NCBI GenBank assembly: GCA_043775315.1
Contig: JAYVSO010000125.1
Span: 78,670-142,669 of the forward strand
DNA from: Verrucomicrobiota bacterium
GTDB lineage: Bacteria > Verrucomicrobiota > Verrucomicrobiia > Limisphaerales > CANJSG01
DNA length: 64,000 nt
Direction of reading: 5' to 3'
Positions within the stretch are counted from its first letter, which is position 1. Each line of letters opens with the position of its first letter. Position numbers and translations under genes: made by a program. The notes below the pieces were generated by a model that had not been told where the DNA came from, did no database searches, and saw nothing but the letters and a program-made list of their open reading frames with translations. Below are positions 21,265 through 30,980 of this stretch, piece after piece.

Positions 21265-22497
21265 TCAGTAGGTCGCACGGAGACCAACGAACGCCCGATT
21301 CCGCGTATAGTCGCGGCCAAGGCTATCGGACTCAAGTTTGTCCAAGGAGTAACCAAACTCAGCAGCCCAATTGCGGGTGAAGTCGTATTTCAGGGTGAAA
21401 CCCAATGAGTAATAGGTCTCATTCTTTCCATCCAACGAGCCGCCATCAAATGTAGAAGCCTGCACAAAGCCTAGGGCGTTTCCGGAGAGGAACTCTGTGA
21501 ACTTGTGATTCACGCTGCCGTAAACGGTGGTGGACTGTTGGGCCAAAACAATCTGGTTTACCGCAACTAACCCGGTCACATCGGTCTGAGTCCGTTGGTG
21601 ACGAACGCCCAACTGAACCGATCCAGCGCTGCTGTAAGAATAGGTGGCGGAAACATCGGCATACGGATCAGTCGATTCCTGACCCAGCTTGTAGGAATCA
21701 GTGAACGACAGACCACCACGTGCGGATACCCGCAACTGGCTGCTGAAATCGTGGTCAACTCCCAAGAAAACAGTGTGGGAGCGGCTATTGCGAAGCTTCG
21801 ACGAGAACCCAGGAACGATGTCGTCATTGCTGGTGTAATCAACAATGCGATACTGGTATCCAAGAAGCGCCGTAGTCTGCGGTTGAACAAACCAACGAAG
21901 ACTCCCTGAAATCAGGTGCTCCATCCGATCCAAGAGTGCCGAATAGCTGCCAACACCAGACTTCTTGAAGTCGTAAAAACTATTGGCATAGCCGAGGTCG
22001 TATCCGAACGTCTTCGAAAAGTCCCCACGAAACAGTATGTCGACAACGTTGCGCAGGTTATCGCCTTCGGACCGGAACGGATTCCCTGCACCGTTCAGGA
22101 TTTCAGGATCTTGAGACAGCGAAAAATTCTCGTTGACCTTGAGGTTATAGCGTTCGGAGAAGGAGTGATCCAACCCAAGATTGAACTGGTGGGACAAATC
22201 CCATTCGTTGCTCGGACGGTCCCGGAAGTATTTTCCGGAGAACTCGTAGCTCCCTACGATCAGCGTCTGATCCAAGGGGACATTGAACCCGATTCGCGGG
22301 GTCACCTCAAATCCAATGCTGCTTTCGCTGGTGGCGCTGGGAGCGGTGTTGTAGTTGTCGTCATAGAAGCCGCGAACAGCGGCTGAAACTGTCCAGCCTT
22401 TCGAAGCTTCCGAGGTGGTCAAACCCGGTGCGTAGACGGCATGCAAGCTGACAGCTCCGAGTGCCAGTATCCCAAATGAGGAGGTGATGGTTTTCAT
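21265..22497 (-). CDS. Putative outer-membrane beta-barrel protein (EPS-locus associated)
   Basis: Signal peptide MKTITSSFGILALGAVSLHA. Alternating amphipathic beta-strand pattern rich in Y/S/G. C-terminal aromatic residue (..LRATY). Confidence 0.5.
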   Translation of the reverse strand: MKTITSSFGILALGAVSLHAVYAPGLTTSEASKGWTVSAAVRGFYDDNYNTAPSATSESSIGFEVTPRIGFNVPLDQTLIVGSYEFSGKYFRDRPSNEWDLSHQFNLGLDHSFSERYNLKVNENFSLSQDPEILNGAGNPFRSEGDNLRNVVDILFRGDFSKTFGYDLGYANSFYDFKKSGVGSYSALLDRMEHLISGSLRWFVQPQTTALLGYQYRIVDYTSNDDIVPGFSSKLRNSRSHTVFLGVDHDFSSQLRVSARGGLSFTDSYKLGQESTDPYADVSATYSYSSAGSVQLGVRHQRTQTDVTGLVAVNQIVLAQQSTTVYGSVNHKFTEFLSGNALGFVQASTFDGGSLDGKNETYYSLGFTLKYDFTRNWAAEFGYSLDKLESDSLGRDYTRNRAFVGLRATY

Positions 22498-22617
22498 ATC
22501 TGCAAATTTACCCTTCCATAATCGGCCGAAGACAAAAAGCCTTAAGGCCGCGAATACTTAGGTTGTCCGGCTCCGCAGTGTCAAATCCGAATTTCTAATT
22601 CTGCATCCAATCGTTGA

Positions 22618-24447
22618 TCATCGTTGAGAACTTCCGCGCCACCGCTCCCAATCGCTCAACAATAACTGCCCGGATTCCAGGAACCCGGGCGGCACTTTCC
22701 GAAGCGGAAACCCCGTGGGGACCTCGCCCCGAGAAAAGATATCAGACACAAACCGCCCCCAGCTACGGGTCTGCTTCCACATTCCCGAGTGGAACCTGGC
22801 ATCCAGGGTTCGTGGCGTGAAATAGACGAGCGACACGGTTTTTAGGGAATCGTTTACGAAATAGAAGTCCTCACTGCTGTCGAGCGTCAGCCACATTGAC
22901 TTCCGGCCTCCATACCAGGCGATGGCCCACGGGACATCCGACATCACCATTTCTTCCGGCCTCATCCATTTTCCAATCTGCCCGAACAGCGGGGGGAAAT
23001 ACGGCGGGTAGGCCAATGGAATTGTCCTTGGAGGCATGAGGTGGAGGACCAAGGAAAGGCTAAAAAGAGAAACGGCTCCCGCCTGGATCACATACCGCAA
23101 TTGTCTGAAAGGCAGAATGATCTGATCGAGCAGGACCATGAAGAACCCTGAGCCAAAAACCATGACCATGGGGGCGGCAACGATCAGAAACGCGTCCCCA
23201 TTCACCTCGGGATTCTCAGAGACCCGGAAAGACCTGGACCCGGCGTGGACCAACAGAGCCACCGGGATCGCCATCAGCAGGAACCACCGGAGCCGCCCGA
23301 TTGATGGGTTCATGAAAGGCAGCAACAGGCCTGGCAGGAAGAACGCGATCACCCATGTGCTTCCCATTCCGGGAACATCTTTCTGCACTGCGTCCCGCAG
23401 ATTGGAGGTCAGCTTTCGACCGACTTCTTTTGCGAGCGCTCCGAATTCCACGAACCCCGAGGTCGCCTCGTCGGACCCGCGAGCAAGCTTGAAGTCCAAG
23501 CTGCGCGGCAAAGTTTCCCCCGGAAAAAGACCCGTATCCTCCAACGCCGAATAGGCAGCCGAGCCAAATGGATTTCCAACAATCTGAACGTTCCGAACCG
23601 CCCACGGAGAAAACACCAATAGCATGGTCACCAATGCGACTGCTGGCCCGGCGACCCGCACCGGACGCGCCCAAATCGCCAAAAAAACAACCACCGGCAC
23701 AACAAAAAAGCCGAACGAGTATCGGGTCAGCATTCCAAGGCCAAGCACAAGTCCGGCGAAAAAACAGCTCAGGAGCAGTGATCCTGACGACGATTTCGTT
23801 TCTCCCGAAACCCCACTCTCGATGCGCAAGAGCAACCAAATGAGGGCCAGAAAGAGCAGCATGATGAGACTCGTGTTCATCCCGGAAACCGTGAACCGCC
23901 AAAAAACATCTCCGCCGACGAGAAACGCCGACGAGAGCCACGCGGTTTGAACGTCGAACAGCTTCCTCGCGATAAGGAATACAAACCCAACGGATGCGGC
24001 AAAGAGCAGTTGATTGAAGATCGCCACGATCCACTCCGGCAGGTAGGTGCTGAACGGCTCTTTCCGGGTTTCGCTGATCTCAAACGCTTTTTCCGGAAGC
24101 AGCTTGAACAGGCCCGCAACGATCAAGGGATACAGCGGGGGATGGGAAATATCGGGAACCGCGCCCTTGAGGACCGCCTTTTCGTCGAGGCCCTGCCGTT
24201 TCATCTGTTCCTGCAGCAGAAAGACGTCGAACGGTTTGATGAAATCCGTCGTGAACCCCTTACCCAAGGCGATGTTCCGCGCCAGTTGCGCGTTGTCCAT
24301 CGCATCGGGTGTCTCGAAGTTTCGATAGCACCGGTAATTGAACAGCGCACCGACTCCCACGATCAGCAGAAGCGCGACCGTGATCCGGACCCACTTGGCT
24401 CCGCCGCCTTCTTCAAGTTTGTAGATCAGCTCTTGCAGTCCCGCCAT
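22618..24447 (-). CDS. Polytopic membrane glycosyltransferase, ArnT/PMT-like (GT39/GT83 family) - tentative
   Basis: At least 10 predicted TM helices. N-terminal loop FETPDAMDNAQLARNIA resembles the DE..YA motif loop of the dolichyl/undecaprenyl-phosphate sugar transferases. Start 3 nt downstream of the response regulator stop. Confidence 0.45.
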   Translation of the reverse strand: MAGLQELIYKLEEGGGAKWVRITVALLLIVGVGALFNYRCYRNFETPDAMDNAQLARNIALGKGFTTDFIKPFDVFLLQEQMKRQGLDEKAVLKGAVPDISHPPLYPLIVAGLFKLLPEKAFEISETRKEPFSTYLPEWIVAIFNQLLFAASVGFVFLIARKLFDVQTAWLSSAFLVGGDVFWRFTVSGMNTSLIMLLFLALIWLLLRIESGVSGETKSSSGSLLLSCFFAGLVLGLGMLTRYSFGFFVVPVVVFLAIWARPVRVAGPAVALVTMLLVFSPWAVRNVQIVGNPFGSAAYSALEDTGLFPGETLPRSLDFKLARGSDEATSGFVEFGALAKEVGRKLTSNLRDAVQKDVPGMGSTWVIAFFLPGLLLPFMNPSIGRLRWFLLMAIPVALLVHAGSRSFRVSENPEVNGDAFLIVAAPMVMVFGSGFFMVLLDQIILPFRQLRYVIQAGAVSLFSLSLVLHLMPPRTIPLAYPPYFPPLFGQIGKWMRPEEMVMSDVPWAIAWYGGRKSMWLTLDSSEDFYFVNDSLKTVSLVYFTPRTLDARFHSGMWKQTRSWGRFVSDIFSRGEVPTGFPLRKVPPGFLESGQLLLSDWERWRGSSQR

Positions 24448-24449
24448 GG

Positions 24450-25838
24450 TCAGAATCCTTCCAAGTGATACGTGTGCAGCTTCCGGTGCAGCGTGCGCCG
24501 GCTCATGCCAAGTTTTTGTGCGGCCAGCGTGCGGTTTCCACCGCTCTCCTGCAAGGCACGGATCATCAACTGCCGTTCCGCGTCCTTCACGGAAAGCTCC
24601 GAGCTTGCCGGCGCAGCGGCTCCGGGGCTTGGCGCAGCGACACTCGGCGAAGGCACCGCAGGCGCCCGGACGGACGGCGGCAAGTCACGCAACGTTACCC
24701 GATCCGCCTTCGCAAAGACCACCGCGTGTTCGATCGATGTCCGCAACTCGCGCACGTTGCCGGGCCAACCGTAGCGCATCATCGCTTCGAGTGCGTCGAC
24801 GTTGAAATCGCCGATTTTTTTTCCGTTCTCCTTCGCAAACTCCTTCAAGAACGCGGACGCCAGGAGCGGGACATCCGCCAATCGTTCTCGCAGGGACGGC
24901 ATGTGGATCTCCACAACCTTGAGGCGCCAGAACAGGTCTTCGCGGAAGGTTCCGGCCTTCACCATCTCCTCAAGCTTCCGGTTGGTCGCAGCCACGAGGC
25001 GAACGTCCGATGTCAGAGTCTTGTTCGAGCCGACCCGTTCGAAGGTCCTCTCACCCAGAAAGCGCAGGAGCTTCACCTGGATGATCGCGTCGATCTCGCC
25101 GATCTCGTCGAGAAAGAGCGTTCCACCCTGCGCCTGCTCAACCCGCCCGATGCGCCGTTCATGGGCTCCGGTGAAGGCTCCTTTTTCGTGGCCGAAGAGT
25201 TCGCTTTCAAGCAACGCCGCCGGCAACGCCGCGCAATTGACGGTCACGAGCGGCGCCTTGGCCCGCGGACTGAGTTGGTGAATCGCCTTGGCGATGACCT
25301 CTTTGCCGGTGCCGCTTTCACCCTGGATCAGCACATTGCTCCGGCTCGGGGCCACTTGTTTGATCGTGTCGATGATCTCCAACATCTCCGGCGTCTTGCC
25401 GATGATGTTCTCCAAGCCGAAGCGCGTATCCAACTGCTGGCGAAGCTCCGTGTTCTCCGTTTCCAGCTTCTGCCGGCGAAGCGCGCGCCCGATCCGCATC
25501 TCCAACTCGTCGATCTGCAGACGCCCCTTCGCAATGTAGTCGTCCGCGCCCCTCTTCATCGCTTCGACGGCGATTTCCTCGCTGCCGTAGGCGGTCATGA
25601 GGATGCAGACGGGTGGTTTGGAAAGCGCTTTGGCCCTGGCGATGAGCTTCAAACCATCCTCATTCGGCAGGCGGAAGTCGGTCAGCATCACATCGAAATG
25701 CTCCTGCTCCAAAAGAAGTCCCGCCGCCGCCGCGTCCTCGGCCACGTAGACGTCGTAATGGTCCTCCAACGCCGCGCGGAGGCCTTCCCGCGTGGGTTTT
25801 TCGTCATCAACGATGAGAAGCATGGGCTTCACGTCCAT
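24450..25838 (-). CDS. Sigma-54-dependent two-component response regulator (NtrC family)
   Basis: REC domain (LLIVDDE...D), AAA+ sigma54 activation domain (GESGTGKE, GAFTGA, ESELFGHEKG) and a C-terminal Fis-type HTH. Confidence 0.9.
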   Translation of the reverse strand: MDVKPMLLIVDDEKPTREGLRAALEDHYDVYVAEDAAAAGLLLEQEHFDVMLTDFRLPNEDGLKLIARAKALSKPPVCILMTAYGSEEIAVEAMKRGADDYIAKGRLQIDELEMRIGRALRRQKLETENTELRQQLDTRFGLENIIGKTPEMLEIIDTIKQVAPSRSNVLIQGESGTGKEVIAKAIHQLSPRAKAPLVTVNCAALPAALLESELFGHEKGAFTGAHERRIGRVEQAQGGTLFLDEIGEIDAIIQVKLLRFLGERTFERVGSNKTLTSDVRLVAATNRKLEEMVKAGTFREDLFWRLKVVEIHMPSLRERLADVPLLASAFLKEFAKENGKKIGDFNVDALEAMMRYGWPGNVRELRTSIEHAVVFAKADRVTLRDLPPSVRAPAVPSPSVAAPSPGAAAPASSELSVKDAERQLMIRALQESGGNRTLAAQKLGMSRRTLHRKLHTYHLEGF

Positions 25839-25976
25839 GCGGGAAACTCAATCACAACGCTCCTCACCCGCACAACCTGAATGCCAAAGTGTCCCAGCAA
25901 GTCGGCCTGACTATTGAGCCTGGTTGGCAGTCAACACCCCGTTCAACCAGCGGGCTCCGGCATCCCGTTCACACCC

Positions 25977-27218
25977 TCACGCCGGCCCAGCCAGCAGCTT
26001 CGGCTGCCGTTCGGCCAGGGGGAACCACAGCCGGAAGACCGTCCCCTTGCCCACGTTGCTCTCCAGCTCAATGCGGCCGCCGTGTTCGCGGACGATCCGC
26101 TGGACGATCATCAGGCCAAGCCCCGTCCCCTTGGTCTTCGTCGTGTAGAACGGCTCGAAGATACGGTTGATCTGTTCCTGCGGAATGCCGCCGCCGGTGT
26201 CGGTCACGCTGACCCAGACGCCTTCGCTGGTCTGTCCGGTCGCCAACGTCAGGGCGCCGTCCTTGCTCATGGCCTGCATGGCATTCTTCACCAGGTTCAC
26301 CAGGGCCTGCTTGATCTGAGCGACATCCAACGGCGCAGGGTCCAGCCGTCGCACGCACTTTTCGCGGACGGTGATCCCGCGGTTCTCCATCTCGGGCCGA
26401 AGCAGGTTGAGGGTGTCCAAGACCACCTCGTTGAGCGATGCCGGCTTCAGGTTTGGCTTCGTCGGGCGGATGGCCTGGAGAAACTGCGTGATGATGTAGT
26501 CGAGCCGCGTGATCTCTCCCTTGGCGACGTCAAGGTAGCCGTCGACCTTGTCGAGGATTTCTGCGGCATCGACCGGGGAAGCAGGTTTGCGTTCGCGGAG
26601 CAGAGCCCCGTCCCCCACGCTGCCGTTCAAGGCTTGGCGGAGCTTCTTCGACTCCCGGGTGATGAGTTGCAGATGGATGTGGAGGGCGTTGAGCGGATTG
26701 CCGATCTCGTGGGCCACGCTCGCCGCCAGCAAGGTCAGGGCTTGGATGCGTTCGCTCTCGATCGCCTCGAAGGTCTCCTGCCGGGCTTCAGTGGCGTCGT
26801 GCAGGATAAGCGCGAGGCCCGAACTGCCCTTGGAATCGCCGTCGAGCGGCGCCGCGTAGAGACGGACGAACCGCGGCTCCGGATAGGAGATTTCGAATTC
26901 ATGGCGGACGACCCTTGGCCCTCCCTTGATGTCGAGCTTGCTGAGCCGCTTCCAATCGAGCTCCGGCAGGAACTTGGTGATCGGTTCGCCATCAGCGCCG
27001 TCCGAAGGAAGGTTGAGCAACCGCACGGCGCCCTCGTTGAAGTAGAGGATCCGGCCCGCTTCATCGACCACGAGGACGCCGTCCTCGATGGTGTTGAAGA
27101 GCATTTCGAGGAACGCCCGCTCGCGCGCCAACCGCTCAAACACCGTCTGCATGCCCTGCGGATCCAAGCGGCCGATCCGGCCGAGGACGCGGTCAAGGAA
27201 GCTGGTCTTGGCAGCCAT
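25977..27218 (-). CDS. Sensor histidine kinase (PAS + HisKA + HATPase_c), cytoplasmic
   Basis: PAS-like N-terminus, H-box HEIGNPLNALHIHLQL, N-box LVNLVKNAMQA and G-box GTGLGLMIVQRIV. Confidence 0.85.
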   Translation of the reverse strand: MAAKTSFLDRVLGRIGRLDPQGMQTVFERLARERAFLEMLFNTIEDGVLVVDEAGRILYFNEGAVRLLNLPSDGADGEPITKFLPELDWKRLSKLDIKGGPRVVRHEFEISYPEPRFVRLYAAPLDGDSKGSSGLALILHDATEARQETFEAIESERIQALTLLAASVAHEIGNPLNALHIHLQLITRESKKLRQALNGSVGDGALLRERKPASPVDAAEILDKVDGYLDVAKGEITRLDYIITQFLQAIRPTKPNLKPASLNEVVLDTLNLLRPEMENRGITVREKCVRRLDPAPLDVAQIKQALVNLVKNAMQAMSKDGALTLATGQTSEGVWVSVTDTGGGIPQEQINRIFEPFYTTKTKGTGLGLMIVQRIVREHGGRIELESNVGKGTVFRLWFPLAERQPKLLAGPA

Positions 27219-27221
27219 GGT

Positions 27222-28220
27222 TCAGAGCCATTTCCTGCGCTTGAACCACCAGTAGGTCAGGCCGGTCGAGAACACCGTGACGCCGATGGCGACGGCGTAG
27301 CCGTGCTTCAGCTTCAGCTCGGGCATGTCCTCGAAGTTCATCCCATACCAGGTTCCGAGCATCATCATCGGCGTAGTGATGAGCGTGATGAGCGTGAGGA
27401 GCTTCACCACTTCGCCGGTCTGGTTCGACGACATGTTCAGGTAGACCTGCAGGATGCCGGTGAGGGAGTCGGTGTAGTTCTGCGCCAGCTCGGAGATGTG
27501 GTAGAGGCCGTCGTAGACGTTGCGGTAGTAGGGCACGAGATGCGCTCGGATGAGCTTGAACTCACCCTTGGCGAACCGGCCGATGACTTCGCGCTGCGGA
27601 CCAATGATCTGACGGAGATGGAGCACTTCCTTCTTCACCTGGAGGATCTTGTTCAACGTGTCCTTCGTCGGCGCCGTGAGGGCGAGCTGCTCCAGCTCGG
27701 AGATCTCGAGCGACAGCTCCTCCAAGGCCGGCTTGTAGTTCTCCACGATGGCGTCGAGCAGGCTGTGCGCGACGCGGTCCGGCGCCCGGGCCGTGTGCAT
27801 CGTGCCCTTGATACAACGGTCCTCGATCGACTGCACCGCGCGCAACGGCGTGTCGTGGAAGGTCACGAGGAAGTTTTTCCCGAGGAAGAAATTCAGCTCG
27901 CTCGTGGCGAAGACGCCGTCCTTGCGGCTGTAGTCGACGGCGTGGACCACCATGAAAAGGTAGGGCGCGAAGCGGTCGTCCTCCTTCGGCGAATACTCCT
28001 CCACCTTCGGCGACGGGCTGACCATCACGCAGTCCTCGACCGAGAGCGGATGGAAGTGGAAGACGTCTTCGAGGATGAACTTCGATTCCTCGGGGGTCGG
28101 GTTTTCCAGATCGACCCAGAGGAAGAGGTTCGTGTCCGCCAGCAACGTCGGCATGAGGAACATGTCGATGTCCCGCATGTGCAGACGACCCTGGGTGGTG
28201 AAGGCGAACGAGCGAACCAT
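27222..28220 (-). CDS. corA: Magnesium/cobalt transporter CorA
   Basis: YGMNFEDMPEL (GMN signature) preceding two C-terminal TM helices. ~330 aa. Confidence 0.85.
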   Translation of the reverse strand: MVRSFAFTTQGRLHMRDIDMFLMPTLLADTNLFLWVDLENPTPEESKFILEDVFHFHPLSVEDCVMVSPSPKVEEYSPKEDDRFAPYLFMVVHAVDYSRKDGVFATSELNFFLGKNFLVTFHDTPLRAVQSIEDRCIKGTMHTARAPDRVAHSLLDAIVENYKPALEELSLEISELEQLALTAPTKDTLNKILQVKKEVLHLRQIIGPQREVIGRFAKGEFKLIRAHLVPYYRNVYDGLYHISELAQNYTDSLTGILQVYLNMSSNQTGEVVKLLTLITLITTPMMMLGTWYGMNFEDMPELKLKHGYAVAIGVTVFSTGLTYWWFKRRKWL

Positions 28221-28267
28221 GCGGGGATGATTGGCCGGGCCGACCGCCAGCGGTCAAGACGGCGGGC

Positions 28268-29197
28268 TCACCGATCCCTCTTCAGCAGATACTCCGCGAG
28301 CGCTTCCAGCGCGACGGCCTTGCCCTTAAAGACAGTCAGCGCCTGGAACGCCCGGTCGGTGAGCTGCTGGGCGATCTTCTTCGATTTCTCCAAACCCACG
28401 ATGCTCGGGTAGGTCGCCTTTTGCGCCTGCGTGTCCTTGCCGGCGGTCTTGCCCAGTTGCTCGCTCGTCTGGGTGATGTCGAGGATGTCGTCGATGATCT
28501 GGAAGGCCAGACCCACGCAGAAGCCGAACTCGGTCAATGCCTCCAACTGCTTGGGCGTGCAGTTCGCGCTCATGCCGCCGAGCCGAACGGAGCAGCAGAG
28601 CAGCGCGGAGGTCTTCCGCTCGTGGATGTATTCCAGCTCCTTCTTCGAAAGCGGCTTCCCTTCGCCCTCCAGGTCCGCCACCTGCCCGGCGATGAGCTGG
28701 AGGGAACCCGAGGCTTTGGCGATCTCCATGACCACCGTCCGCATGTCATAACGCTTCCAAGTGCGGCACTGCGCGGCGATCTCGAAGGCCTGCGTCAACA
28801 GCGCGTCGCCCGCCAACACAGCGATGCCTTCGCCGAAGACTTTGTGGTTCGTCAGCTTGCCGCGGCGGTAGTCGTCATTGTCCATCGCCGGCAAGTCGTC
28901 GTGGATCAGCGAGTAGGTGTGGATGCACTCCACCGCGCAGGCCAGCGGCATGGCCTCGGCGATGTCCCCGCCGCAGGCCTCGGCCGCCGCGAGCGTGAGC
29001 GCGGGCCGCATGCGTTTGCCGCCGGCGAAGAGCGAGTAGCGCATCGCCTTGTGGATGGTGGCGGGCTTGGTCTTTTCCGACGGGAGAAAGCGGTCGAGCG
29101 CCCGGTTCACCTGTTCGGTGCGTTCGGCGACGTAGGCTTGGAGATCGAAGCTCCGGTTGGCATTACGGGCTCCGGCTCGGGTGGCGGTGGACGACAT
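28268..29197 (-). CDS. Polyprenyl diphosphate synthase (FPP/GGPP synthase family)
   Basis: FARM LIHDDLPAMDNDDYRRG and SARM GLAFQIIDDILD. Confidence 0.85.
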   Translation of the reverse strand: MSSTATRAGARNANRSFDLQAYVAERTEQVNRALDRFLPSEKTKPATIHKAMRYSLFAGGKRMRPALTLAAAEACGGDIAEAMPLACAVECIHTYSLIHDDLPAMDNDDYRRGKLTNHKVFGEGIAVLAGDALLTQAFEIAAQCRTWKRYDMRTVVMEIAKASGSLQLIAGQVADLEGEGKPLSKKELEYIHERKTSALLCCSVRLGGMSANCTPKQLEALTEFGFCVGLAFQIIDDILDITQTSEQLGKTAGKDTQAQKATYPSIVGLEKSKKIAQQLTDRAFQALTVFKGKAVALEALAEYLLKRDR

Positions 29198-29248
29198 CGC
29201 CGAGGTTTCTAGGGTCCGGCGAATTGCCCGGCAAGACGAGAAGCTAAA

Positions 29249-30970
29249 TCAACCATCGAGACCATCATCTTCACCGTGATGGCGCTCATAGTATCTCTGC
29301 CGCTCTTCCGGGGTCATGCGTTCAATGGCTTGGGTTTCCTTCCACTGACTGGCCTCGGCCAGCATGGTGAACGAGACGTCCATTCCTTTTGAGGAGACTA
29401 GATCGCGAATCTTCTGAAGCGGGAGGCGGAAAAATTCCTTTCGGAAGTTGATCTTGTTGATCCGTCGATCGTCGAACTCGGTATGAAGCAGGAATTCCAG
29501 TGCGGGCGCATCCTGGCTGTAAATCATCGCGTGGACATCGAACCCGAACGGAACTGAGGCGTCGCCAAGCTCCTTGATCCGATCCAGAGGCTCCAGCCGT
29601 CGAGTCATGCCAATCTTGAACACATCTTCGCCAAAAGCACCGAGGTTCGAGATGACGTAGACATGTCCCGCACGGGTTTGTTGGGCCATGGAAAGGGCGC
29701 GTGTTTTAGAAGCTGTATTAGCAAGCTCTTGGCTAAGCTTCGCAATCCGGTCTTCAAGCTTAGCGCGCTGTTCCGCCGTGGCCAACTCCACCTCGGAGCG
29801 GGTCTTTTCAATAGCCTCCCGAATCAATTCCTCCTTCTTTTGAGCTTCCTGGATTGCTCGTTCATATTCGCGTCTGACTTTCTCCTCCTCCCGGATTCGT
29901 TCCTTGATCAGCCGCTGTTCTTCACGCTCTTTCTGCCGGAGCTCATGAACCACGACCGCCCACTTCAATTCTGAAAGCCGTGCGTCCAGATACGCCGGCA
30001 AGACTCGTGCATCTCGAAAGGCTTTGCCGTTCAGGTTCACCAAGCTGAAGGCATCGCGAATTTCTCGTTCAAGGGTCCCGTAGTTGTCGTGCTTCGTTCT
30101 GGAAAGGATGGCGTCCACACGACCGTTGAAGGCGTCGATCACGAAGCGAATGGCGGTTTCGCGGCGATTTGCCTCCGCATACTCACAATCGGCGGCCTGT
30201 GCTTGTTCCACCATCCGTCTCGACTGGTCTCGGGCTGCCGCCAAAGACTGGCCTGCTTCAGTATGCCCAAAGTCTCCGGCCAGATCGTCGAGCAAGCTGC
30301 GGGTAGGGATGATGTAGCGATCCCCATAGCCTTCGACCACGTTCTTGATCGCAGTAACAGCCTGCTGGAGGAGGTGCTTTTCCTTCAGCGCGAGGTAGGC
30401 GTCGCCTCCAATCTCGGCAGCTCTCTTTTCAGCCTGCTCAACAATCCAGCCCGCATCTTTTGTGGCTTGGGACAGCAGTGTTTCGGCGTGGTGGCGTATC
30501 TCCTTTGCTTTTGAGATCGCTTCAGACTGCTCCTTCTGAGCGGCACTTCTGGCCGCTTCCAGTATGGCATCCGCGTCACTCTTCAACCCGACGGCCTGCT
30601 CCAAAGCTTGGGCAAGAATTTTTTGCGCCTCGCCGATGGCATCACTGTTGGCACCATATTTTCTAAGCGGCTCCAGGTCTTTGATGGCCTTGGAAACCAG
30701 TGCGTCGGCCGCTTCCTGAATCTTGCGAGCTTCAGCTTCAAAATGGCCACGAAGGCGCTCCTCTTCTTGCTTCAGGTCAGCCAACTGCTGGTCAATCAGC
30801 GTCCTAGCTTCATTCTCGATGCGGGCTGTCTCAGATTCGAAGTGTGCGGTCAAATCAGCCACCTGCTTAAGGGATGCGGCCAATTTTTTTTCGAGCCGCT
30901 TGACCTCCATCAAGGCTACAAGAAAGAGGCCAGCAAACACTGCTGCCACGATTGCGAAGACGATGATCAT
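29249..30970 (-). CDS. DUF4041 + T5orf172 (GIY-YIG-like) domain protein with N-terminal TM helix and long coiled coil
   Basis: N-terminal MIIVFAIVAAVFAGLFLVALM TM segment, ~350 aa of E/K/A-rich coiled coil, and a C-terminal GHVYVISN...FKIGMTRRLEPLDRIKEL...ALEFLLHTEF block matching T5orf172/MUG113. Lower GC than the flanks. Confidence 0.75.
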   Translation of the reverse strand: MIIVFAIVAAVFAGLFLVALMEVKRLEKKLAASLKQVADLTAHFESETARIENEARTLIDQQLADLKQEEERLRGHFEAEARKIQEAADALVSKAIKDLEPLRKYGANSDAIGEAQKILAQALEQAVGLKSDADAILEAARSAAQKEQSEAISKAKEIRHHAETLLSQATKDAGWIVEQAEKRAAEIGGDAYLALKEKHLLQQAVTAIKNVVEGYGDRYIIPTRSLLDDLAGDFGHTEAGQSLAAARDQSRRMVEQAQAADCEYAEANRRETAIRFVIDAFNGRVDAILSRTKHDNYGTLEREIRDAFSLVNLNGKAFRDARVLPAYLDARLSELKWAVVVHELRQKEREEQRLIKERIREEEKVRREYERAIQEAQKKEELIREAIEKTRSEVELATAEQRAKLEDRIAKLSQELANTASKTRALSMAQQTRAGHVYVISNLGAFGEDVFKIGMTRRLEPLDRIKELGDASVPFGFDVHAMIYSQDAPALEFLLHTEFDDRRINKINFRKEFFRLPLQKIRDLVSSKGMDVSFTMLAEASQWKETQAIERMTPEERQRYYERHHGEDDGLDG

Positions 30971-30980
30971 AGAGCGTTGG

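Noticed and set aside
22498-22617. Sigma54 -24/-12 promoter upstream of the outer-membrane protein gene (TGGAAG...TTTGCA on the minus strand)
   Set aside because: GG-to-GC spacing is 12 rather than 10, and the element would abut the start codon. Not convincing.
24450-27218. PrsK/PrsR (PEP-CTERM/exosortase) two-component system
   Set aside because: The kinase lacks the multi-TM N-terminal domain expected of PrsK, and no exosortase or PEP-CTERM proteins are visible in the window. It is called a generic NtrB/NtrC-like pair.
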